Below are positions 1 through 9,697 of a stretch of 23,719 nucleotides of DNA, piece by piece. This stretch comes from Cladosporium halotolerans (lineage: Eukaryota). The position numbers were made by a program, and so were the translations under genes. Numbering within the stretch: the stretch's first letter is position 1; every line of letters starts with the position of its first letter. The stretch covers positions 682,001 to 705,719 of the forward strand of contig NW_027191461.1 in the NCBI RefSeq assembly GCF_011745625.1, written 5' to 3'. The notes under the pieces were generated by a model. The model ran no database searches, had not been told where the DNA came from, and saw only the letters and a list, made by a program, of their open reading frames with translations.

Positions 1-46
1 GATCGCAGTATCGGCCGATGTTCTGAGCTGGCGACTTCGATGAGCC

Positions 47-1699
47 ATGGAGGCTATGAAGGAGCTCTCCCCCACCACTTCAAACAATGTCCAGGACATG
101 ACCATGGTCGATTCCAGTAACCACACCGGACGACTGGACAGGGCACACTACTCCCCGCCCTGGGCTAACACCTCGATCATCGGCATAGCTGGTAGCTCCG
201 GTTCTGGGAAGACCTCTCTAGCCTATGCCATTATCAAGGAGCTCAGCCTGCCATGGGTGGTCATCTTGTCTATGGACAGCTTTTACAAGCCCTTGACACT
301 TGAGCAGAGTGCTGCTGCTTTCAGGAACGAGTACGACTTCGATGCCCCTGAGGCCATTGACTTCGATGTTCTTGTCGAGAGGCTGAGGGATATCAAGGCT
401 GGGTAAGTGCATCCGGAATGTTGGCATCGTTATTTTCACTAACACCTCTGAAGCAAGAAAGCAGACATCCCGGTGTACTCATTCGAGAAGCATGCCCGAC
501 TTGATAAGTCCACGACCATCTATTCGCCGCATGTACTCATCCTTGAGGGCATCTTTGCTCTGCATGATCAGCGCGTCTTGGACATGCTTGATTTAAAGAT
601 CTTTGCAGACGCCGAGCCTGATCTTTGCTTATCCCGACGACTGCTTCGTGACGTGCGAGAGCGCGGCCGAGACATCGAAGGTTGCATCAAGCAGTGGTTC
701 AGCTTTGTCAAGCCCAACTACCACAAATATGTGGAGCCGCAGAGGAATGTTGCTGGTAAGTTTGAATTTTGTTATTACAATGCCACCTGTCATCATGATG
801 ATTCAAAATTAATGCATAGTTCAACTGAATCACATTGAAGAAACACAAACCATCACGTCTTTCGCTCCTATCTGATCTTTACCTTATCCTCAAAATTCTA
901 GCGCGCTATTCTACGAGCACTAGCTAATGGATTATCAGATCTTATTGTCCCTCGAGGCATTGAGAACAAAGTTGCTATTAGCATGATCTCAGACCGCGTT
1001 CACAAGACGCTTGACGAAAAGTCAGCTCTACACCAGGCGGAGCTACGGCGACTCGGGAAAGTGTCGGAAGACGCGCCCCTTTCGCCGAACGTGATTGTCC
1101 TCGACCCTTCGAAACAAGTGCGAGGCATCAATACTAGGCTGATGGAGCCTGGTCTCGATCGTGAGGATTTTGTCTTCTACTTTGACCGCCTTGCAGTCAT
1201 GCTTGTAGAGAAGGCGACTGAGCCCCTCCGCTATAAGTCAACTGTCGTGGAAACGCCAGTCCCAGGCAACACCTACAACGGGCTCGCCCTGGATGGCATC
1301 GTGTCCGCCGTAGTTGTCCTTCGTGGTGGCAGTATCCTCGAGACCGGCCTCAAGCGAGTCATCCCCGACTGCCGTACCGGCCGCATTCTCATCCAGACCA
1401 ACTTCCGCACAGGCGAGCCTGAGCTGCACTACTATTCGCTGTCGCCTGAGATTAGCAAACACAATGGGGTTCTGCTTCTTGACCCTCAGATGAGCAGTGG
1501 CGGCGCTGCTCTGATGGCCGTCAAGGTCCTGCTTGACCATGGCGTGAGGGAAGATAAGATCGTCTTCGTCACCTACACTGCAGGCACGCAGGGACTGAGG
1601 CGCCTCATGAGCGTCTTCCCCGATATTAAGGTCGTCGTTTGTAGGATCGTCGAAGACCTGGAGAGAAGATGGCTTGAGACTCGATACTTGGGTTGCTAG
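47..1699 (+). CDS. URK1: Uridine/cytidine kinase with C-terminal UPRTase-like domain (~472 aa); exons 47-402, 454-755, 939-1699
   Basis: P-loop IIGIAGSSGSGKT, plus DSFYK, YDFDAPEAIDF, ILEGIFAL and RDVRERGRD kinase motifs. C-terminal PRTase fold (VVLRGG, LLLDPQMSSGGA). Introns 403-453 (GTAAGT..CTAAC..AAG) and 756-938 (GTAAGT..CTAAT..CAG) join the three ORFs in frame. Confidence 0.95.
792..877 (+). ncRNA. snR60: Box C/D snoRNA, snR60-like, double guide for 25S rRNA 2'-O-methylation, inside URK1 intron 2
   Basis: Box C ATGATGA 795-801, D' CTGA 825-828, C'-like TTGAAGA 835-841, box D CTGA 872-875. D' guide GCATAGTTCA is complementary to LSU UGAACUAUGC. D guide GTCTTTCGCTCCTAT is complementary to LSU AUAGGGGCGAAAGAC with one G-U pair. 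rRNA segments and yeast snR60 guides recalled from memory; exact ends are approximate. Confidence 0.9.
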
Positions 1700-1951
1700 A
1701 CGCATAGAATCCCAATGGGCCAAACCGGCTTGTAGATACAATAAAAAAATACAAGACCTTCACGATCAAGAAGTGGCTTTACACCGTCGCGCTCCTCAAT
1801 CTGCTGTAATCCTTGTATCCTCAGGGTTGGCGAAGCGTCACAAGTTCTCATACGAGCACTATTGCAGCGATTGGAAGATTGGAAGAAGAGGTAGGAAAAT
1901 GATATTATGACGTTACAATCTGAACCTATGGTAGCATGACATTTGGAGGAA

Positions 1952-2850
1952 TCACCAGTCCGCATAGCTCGGCGGCTGGTACAATCTAATGACCTCATCC
2001 ACCAAGCTCGCCGCGCTGCTGCCATTCCTGAGATCCTTCCATTCTCCGCCGTCTCTGACAGCAAAGATCTCATTGCCAACAGTCACCGTACAGCTCTTCT
2101 CGATACCCAGCGCAGCCGTCCTGTTGAAGCTGGTCCTCAACATATCGACGCTGAAGCTGCCGTCTTCGGCAGTCGTGCAGTCATGCAGCTTGTCGAATGA
2201 CATGCCGTGTTCCAGGGCACACTCCTCCACCAGCTCTTTGCTTGGGATGTCGTCGTACTGGTTGGACATGCACATGGTGAAGCCGAGGTAGATCTTGGGG
2301 TTCGGATAGTGGTGCGCGGCGCAGAGCTCGAGCATGTTGCCGAGGCACTCGGAGGGGCCGTGTTTGCAGGCGACGCCGTCGTCTTCGTGGGTGATGCTGC
2401 GATCATGGTTAGCAAATGACGCTCTCCGCTTCCCGATGACAAGCAAGCTCACCTTCCGATATAAGACAGCTGGAAGTCGACCTTGTGGCTGACATTCTGC
2501 ATAGCCGGCAGGATCATGTCGTGCAGGCAGTCTCGAGCATCCGGGCACTTCGACATGATGAACGCCTCGAGCGGCACCCTGCCAGAGCTGTATGGCTCGT
2601 CGTCAAGCCAGAAGTCGGAGGCGATCAGCGACATCATGGCGACCATGCAGAAAACGAGCAGGCCCGTGACGCCAAAGATGATCCTCTTATGCCATTTGCC
2701 AGACGTCGACCGAGACCAGGCGCGCATATACGCGCGCTGGGCTTTGTAGACATTCTGTTGGAGCTCGGCGAGGGTGGGCTCTGGAGTGGATTCGTCGGTA
2801 GGATTCTGCGCTTCGAGCAGAGGCTGCTTCTCGACCTGATCTGAGGCCAT
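1952..2850 (-). CDS. GILT (gamma-interferon-inducible lysosomal thiol reductase)-family protein (~280 aa); exons 2850-2453, 2396-1952
   Basis: FIMSKCPDARDC active-site region and the GILT signature CKHGPSECLGN, with further conserved Cys. One hydrophobic TM segment (IIFGVTGLLVFCMVAMMSLIA). A 56-nt intron 2452-2397 (GTGAGC..GCTAAC..CAG) joins the frames. Confidence 0.88.
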
Positions 2851-3357
2851 GATGCGAGTATGTGTGTGTGATTGTGGACGAGAACAAAGAGCGCTGGATG
2901 CTGCCTACAAGTTGTGGCAAACAACCTGACGATGCACGCTGTCAGGGTCCATGGAAGGGAGTGACGATTTCTGGGGTTCGGCAGGTGCCGACAAGTGTAG
3001 CGCAGCTGAGGGAGAAAGCTTGAAGCACGTGAGAGAGATGGCATTGCCATTTCCATTATGGTCGGAATGAGCAGATACTGTAATTCTGTCCCAGTTCCCT
3101 GCTGTAACAAGGGATCATGAGGCCACGTTTCGCAGCCGTAGAATCTCGGTCTTCTACACCTCTCTGGAAAATGCTCTCATCTTTCAATCTCTGCCATCCA
3201 CCCGCAATCCGTTTCTGAACCAAAATTGAGAAGAGATCAGATTAATCAGTGGATTTGCATGGTTTCTGCACGTCTTTCCAGCCGCAGGTGGTGCAGCCCA
3301 GGAATGTTTGACGACATCGGCGTCTTTGCTCTGTGGAACGTCTGACCGGCAGTAAGA

Positions 3358-4264
3358 CTACTCGACTCGGGTGTTCATTATCTCCTTCAACTCATCCTTT
3401 TCCAGCCCCTCTAGATCCGTAGCAAGATCTTCGCACCATTTGGCAGATTGTTCCAGCCTCTTAACGTCTTCAATTAGTGGATCGACCGCCGCGGCTTCAA
3501 TAGCCTCTTGATAGCGACCGCCATTCATATTGTTGAAGAAATCGATACAGTCGTCTCTCTCTTTGGCGACCCGCTTTCTGGTGTCTTTGAGTAGCTCTTC
3601 GCCGTCCAGTTCGTGAATTTTCTTGAGCCTGCCGAATGACCTCGCCTTTTCGATTTTGCCTGCAACGCCTAGCAGCCTCTGGTTGATTTTACGAGCACTT
3701 TTATCGTGTCGATCACACAGACCAGCAGACGCCTTTTTGAATTGGCGAAACATCTGTGTTTGCACGGTCTTGAATACAATGGTATTCGATCCGCGGACGT
3801 TCGTTAGGCGAAGCTCGATAACTACGGCTGGTCAGCAGATATAGGCGCTCGAAGACAGTTCGTTACTCACCGGACAGATCGACAGCCTCCGATGTAAATG
3901 TCCCCGGAGTAGGTGACGGTGAGCGATTGCTTCCTGGCGCTCTAGAACCACCTGTCTCCCAGATGAGAATGTCAATTCGCCGCCAACTGATTATAAATAT
4001 CTGCAAAGGATAGGGTCGATCATGACCTACCGCTTGCGAAAGCACCATCCCTGAGAGTGTGTATCGTGGACCTCTTACGCTTCAAAGTAGATCGCCGTGT
4101 TCCGTCGTGAATGCCTAGTGATGAACGTATGTTAGTCTCAGTTTCAGTCCGGCTTTAAAGCTATTACTCTGTCTGTGAGTACTAGAGGCCCCTAGCTGGT
4201 CCTAGTATAGTACTAGGAATTATATTATGAAGAACGAGCTCCACATACCTTGAGTACTTGCCAT
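3358..4264 (-). CDS. Hypothetical orphan protein (~214 aa); exons 4264-4249, 4114-4031, 3951-3871, 3821-3358
   Basis: Three phase-1 introns (GTATGT..ACTAAC..TAG; GTAGGT..TTGAC..CAG; GTGAGT..CTGAC..TAG) give a continuous frame MASTQGIHDGTRRSTLKRKRS...IMNTRVE*. Internal exons of 84 and 81 nt keep the frame. No family recognised. Confidence 0.65.
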
Positions 4265-5026
4265 CTTAAGGCGAGATATTCGGTTAGGGAAGTAGTAAGG
4301 ATGGTGATTGAGTGGATGAATTGAATGGAAGTTGGAAAGGTGTGACAGTGTTTGGATATTGGAGTGTGCCGGTTCACTATAGGTCAAGGAAGAAGAGAGC
4401 GAGAAGAACGAAGGGCGGAAACCTTTATATACCCTCGGTGCCTTTGACATTTGCTCACCAGCACATGTCTACCACCTCATCTCATGTCACAAGCTGAAAA
4501 CGTTTGCTTCATTTCCAACTTCGTTCGTCTGACCACATCACTTCCTCACCTTTCGCAATCTGTTACGCACTATAGAGATGGGTTCCTCTGGCTCACGATT
4601 CGATGAATGAGTTATAGCTTATCTAAGTCCTTGCGATGAGGTAGCTCACAGAAATCAAGATACCAATGTCATATATATCTAGATATTTATAATGTTTCTA
4701 AAGGGTAACTCCTTGTAATCTTACTCTTAGCTCACTATGAGTATATAGATAGGAAAGACGATATCCTAGAATGACCACTTGACTGCTAATGAGGATGCCA
4801 TCGCAGTCACATTCAGTCCACACTTAAGTCACTACTGACTAGTCATGTCATCTGCTCATACATGTGAATACCGCTATCATGTGAAGACGCTGGCCTCCCA
4901 TTTGATGAAGCACTGACTGATCACACTGTACTGTATATAGTCACCGATCACGGTCTCATATATACTTAGTACTACTGACGACATTACAACTGATATCGCC
5001 GAAATCCTCGACGAGCAACCTCCGCA

Positions 5027-6021
5027 ATGAAGAACTGCAAGAACTGCAATATCTGCGCCTCGGACGTATCGTCGCTCAAAGTCTCCCCCAAGGGCCATGA
5101 GAGCAAGCATAAGAGCGACGACGAGCGCGCTTGTGGGGAATGCTGGGAGGCCTGGCTGAGCCAGCAGGTCGAAGAGAAGCATCCCCATGAGATTGAATGC
5201 CTATTCTGCAAGGCGACCATCAGTATCGATGAGCTTGCGAAACTGGCGCGGGTTGGAACAGCGTACAGGTATGTTGACCCGGGCTGGGGTAGTGTGGACC
5301 GGAATGGAGGACCAGTGAATGGTCCATACTGGTCTGTACTGATCTATGCTAACATAATTCAAGGTACGCTGAGAAATTGAAGACCGGAATAGTCTGCATG
5401 GCGCGCTGCACCTCGCTCCATCAACCCTTCGATCGCGAGAAAGACGGCCGCGTCTTCACTTGCGGCTCTTGCGGCTTTGAGGTCTGCGTCGACTGCGATC
5501 GCCCCGAACATATCGACGAATCTTGCGAAAACTACCACGCCCGCCAAACCGAACTTCACGCTACCGCAGAGCGGCAGACCCGCGATCTCTTCAAGTTTTG
5601 CCCTAGCTGCGATGTCACTATTGAAACCGAAAAGTGCGGCTTCACTCAGTGTCGCTGCGGCTATCGCTTCTGCAGCCGCTGCATGATCCCATGGGTTGGC
5701 GAAGGCAGTGCCTACATGCTTGGCAAGGAGGCTCATGGCGAAGGGTGTCTTTACAGAGCGAGGAATAAGCAGAGTAAGCATGGGCTGGGGCATCGTTTGA
5801 AAGACCCAGAAGACGTACAGGAGAGGAACGATGCGAGGGATGCTGCCAATAAGCTCAAGCGAGAGGCGAAAAAGGCCGATCTTGGGGAGAGCTTGCAGGC
5901 AAAGCCAGGCAAGAAAGTCAAGACCGAGCCGGTCAAGGCGGAGGGTGATCTCTCAACTCCGGTGAAGCTCGAGTCGAGCATTGTGAAGAAAGAACCGGGG
6001 GTCAAGACAGAGGATGAATAA
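5027..6021 (+). CDS. RBR-type (RING1-IBR-RING2) E3 ubiquitin ligase-like protein (~299 aa); exons 5027-5268, 5364-6021
   Basis: RING1-like CNIC..H..CGECW..CLFC; IBR-like CMARC..CGSC..CVDC..H..C; RING2-like CPSC..C..CRCGYRFCSRC; Lys/Glu-rich tail. Intron 5269-5363 is GTATGT..GCTAAC..AAG and preserves the frame. Confidence 0.85.
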
Positions 6022-6208
6022 GCTTTCTGAAGACGGCAAAGGGGCTTTGAGTTGGCGGTACGTGCTCTTTTGGAGGCGTGATTGCAAACCTAAGATCCGC
6101 CGACACCACTAGGCAAAAGGGATGCGGAGGAGGGTTTTCTTTCATTTTCACATGATCATATCAACCAGTGTGGCCATTTTGCATTGCCCAGCTTCGCTTC
6201 CCCTTCAT

Positions 6209-6402
6209 TTAATAGAAATCTTGCGACTGATTGCCATAATCTTGGCCAAAACCAGGCCTCTCTGCGTGATCCATGTTCATAAAATGATTGAGGTCTGCGT
6301 CACCCTGCCCAATGTTCTGCGCGGTATCAAACCGCGGATCAATGTTGATAGCCTGGGTACCTGTAGAATCATCAAGGGACGGGTCCATGTTTGCAGGCAG
6401 TG

Positions 6403-6434
<32 letters not shown>

Positions 6435-8265
6435 GTCGGTGTGTCTTGGATCTCCGCACCAGCTGGAAGAGCATGCCCCAGCGCGTCACGACGACTTGGC
6501 GTCTTGATGTTCTGACTGCGGATTTTCGGTAGGTTGGGAGCTCTGTTGGCGTTCTGGCAATCGTCGCGGCTGTTCATCCAAAGCGAGGCTTCTTGGATGT
6601 CGCCCTTAGCGGCCATACCATCGAAAGCCGCTTGGCCCTGAAGGATGGGTAGGAGGGTACTGGCTTCGTACCAACGACCTTTGACAGCATCCAGATCGAT
6701 ACGTGCCTGCCCACGCATAAGCTTCCAGTAGCTAGCGACACGCTTCACGTGGATCGACCGTGAATTGCGAAAGCCTAAGTCCCGGGTGAGGCGCTCTGGT
6801 AGTTGGGAATTCATGCTTGGTGCAGCAGGTGTCGGAACGTTGGGATCATCATGCTGGACATTAACGAGCGAATAGATGTCTCCAACGAAATGCATCGACT
6901 GCTGGAGGACTTGACCAGTCATGGCTGCCGTCTTTCGCCGCTCCACCACGGATTGGACAACCATTATGTCTGTTCCCGACCCTATAGCTAATCGCACGGG
7001 TTCGCCGACCCAGAGTTTCTCTCCTCCGAGGTAAAGCCCGTCAAAATGAGTTTCAGACACTCCAGGCTCAGCCTCGACGACCCGAGACTGGCCGAACGGG
7101 GTATAAGTCGAGTCTATACTCTTGGCTGCCAGAATCGAAGCGTCCACTTCCATGTCACCGCCAGTTCCGAACGCTCCTGACCGTAAAGCATTCCAGTCCA
7201 GAGCTTCGTACCGTGGCGGTTCCGCAGTATTGTTAAGTCCCGGGTAGGTGAACGCTGGGACACTCCAAGCTAACCAAGGCCGCATGTCGAACTCGGATGT
7301 CTTGGTGACTGCCACCGACGGACCGTGAGGATATGTCAGTGGTTGCACAGTGTAGCTGACTTGGCCGGCAGAAGATTTCCATCGTCGCATTACCACGCCT
7401 AGACCCCACGCTTGAACTCGACTGAACCATACCACTTCTCCCGGGCGATACATGAAGTTGCCACGTCGGTCGTCTTGCTGATCGATAGTCTTCGCAGGTG
7501 GCATTGGGCTTGGTCGTTGTTGTGACTGCTGTGCTTGTTGAGGGGTAGGAACCGCCGGACGAGGCGACTCTTGGGCTACGGGTTGTGGTCGTGTTGCAAA
7601 TGAACTCGCCGGAACAGTCTTCGGCTCTGGTTCCGGCTTGACCTCCTGCTTCGCAGGCTTCTCTGCCTTGGCGACCCTGCTGGACCCAGTATCAACATCT
7701 TCTGGAGAGCAGATCTTGCAAGCACAGTTATCCGGATCGCCACTCTCGTCCGTGCATAGCCATAGCAAATGTGGAAAGAAGTCTGCGGGGCTGCGGAAGC
7801 GCTTCTTCCGTCCTGTAGGATGGCCGTAGAGGTATGCGTCTTGTCTGTCATTGCCTCCTCCTGCATGTGTCTTGGTCTTCACCTCCGTTTCTCCATCCTT
7901 TTCTGTCTTCTTGACGTGTTCATACAAGCGATAGCCTTCCGGGAACGTGACGAGCATGCAGCCATTGTCTAAGAAGTATGAGCGATTGCGCCTTGGTTAA
8001 AGGGCAGGATGTCATACACACCACTTCCTGTGGGATCTCTCCATTCTAATTCGCGTGCCAGCATGCTGCCTAGCTTTCGTCTCCAATCCAAGTGCTTGAT
8101 CTCGTCTGAAGCGACCTCACGGTAGAAGTCGCTGACACCATTCTTATCGGGCTTCTGATCCAGTTGTGCGTCTGTCGGTTGGTTGGGCTCTCTCAATTTG
8201 CCTTTGGCAAAGATCTCGAACTTGCCGTCGCTCCTCCGCGGGTAGATCGGATAGAAGCGTGCCAT
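6209..8265 (-). CDS. clr2: Cryptic loci regulator 2 (Clr2)-like transcriptional silencing protein (~667 aa); exons 8265-8022, 7968-6209
   Basis: Clr2 N-terminal signature FPEGYRLYEH...DAYLYGHP..KRFRSPADFFPHLLWL...CACKIC, plus C-terminal YRPGEVVW, RPWLAW and GLYLGGEKLWVGEPVRL motifs. A 53-nt intron 8021-7969 (GTGTGT..TAG); the donor position is somewhat uncertain. Confidence 0.85.
6404..6433 (-). repeat. (CAG)10 microsatellite encoding polyQ in the Clr2 C-terminus
   Basis: Ten perfect CTG units on the + strand; translated as TQQQQQQQQQQSL. Confidence 0.95.
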
Positions 8266-8705
8266 CCTGTTGATCGACGTGGAAGACTGTACTGCTGGTG
8301 ATCGCGACGCGCTTGTATTCTTTCGTTAGGGTATTGCAAGGAGTCGATATGCTGATGAATCTCGATCAGAGTGACATGGCGCGAGACTGCAATGAAAGCG
8401 CCTGGCTTTGACTGTGCGCGCAAGTTTCTAAAGTGCTGTAGAGGTAGATATCTTTAAGGCAAGCTCTCGTCGTGCTTGGCAGATTGCATGTGAAGAGCGA
8501 CAGCCGATCAGCCAGCACCGTCACCGTCCCGCGCGTCAACCTCCGCCCTCAAACTCTTGAACTCTCGACCCTCTCCACCACCGTAACCCCTCTGCCCACC
8601 AACACCGCGTACAGACGCGTCGATTGCTGCAAATTCGCCATATTGCCAAATTCGACAACTCCAGGCTATTGCGGCTTTCGAAACCCACGCCCTCACGTCC
8701 TCAGA

Positions 8706-9397
8706 ATGCCGTACAACAACACTCCTATAGCTCCTTCCAAGGAGATTACTGGCACTGTGTCCCTACCGCGTATGTCCAACCTAGTCCTCAGTAGCTTGCA
8801 CATCCCTTCCTGTTATTGTTATCGACACTACCAAGCATAAACACCTTCAAAGATCCGCCTTGACATCTCTAACATATCACTTCTCAGTCGCTCGCGTGAA
8901 GAAAATCATAGCTCAGGACGACGATATCAACAATTGCTCGAACAACGCCGCCTTCGTTATCACCGTCGCTACTGAGATGTTCCTGCAGCATCTCGTGGAA
9001 CAATCACACAACGTTGTCAAGTCAGAGCGCAAGCCAAGGAGGAATATCCAGTACCGTGACGTTGGTAAGTTTCATCAGTCCCGGACATCTGCTGTCTCTC
9101 GCTGACAGACATGTAGCAAACGCAGTCGCTCGAGTGGAGAACCTCGAGTTCCTCACAGACGTCGTGCCCAAGACTCAGACCTACAAACAAGCAAAGCAGA
9201 AGCAAGCCAAAGAACCCGCCGCGAAAGCCAACGGTGCCACGAACGGTCAAAAGACCCTCGATCAACACATGGGCGAAGGCGCAGAGGAGCAGGCAACGAA
9301 CGGCGCAGCTCACGACCCAGAGAGCATGGACGTCGACGAGCAACGCCCATCTGGCGCTACGGTGCCGATTAGCAAGTTGGAGAACGAGGCCTCGTAG
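8706..9397 (+). CDS. H2A-like histone-fold protein, Dpb3/Dls1 (CHRAC/DNA polymerase epsilon subunit) type (~173 aa); exons 8706-8769, 8888-9064, 9117-9397
   Basis: SLPLARVKKIIAQDDDI..CSNNAAFVITVATEMFLQHL..RRNIQYRDVANAVARVENLEFLTDVVP is a CBFD/NF-Y-type histone fold. Introns 8770-8887 (GTATGT..CTAAC..CAG) and 9065-9116 (GTAAGT..CTGAC..TAG). Confidence 0.88.
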
Positions 9398-9697
9398 GAT
9401 GCGGCCGCTCCGCACACAAATCCACATCCCGACCGGGAGAACATCGATCCCGATGCATAGGAAAGCATCGACTATGAAGAGAACATACAGTGGTACGATC
9501 CTGCTCTCGACCGACCTATTACTTTTTCCTTCGAGGAGGACTCTTGCGAGGGGCATGCCCAAAGCTCCACAGGCTCGGACGGATGCCGCCCGGCCAGCAA
9601 CAAGACAGAAATCGACCTTGTCGAAGCGCCGCAAGACTGGATCAATGGTTTCGATGCCGGATTTAACAACAGGCCTTTTGGCCCGCATAATTCTGCC

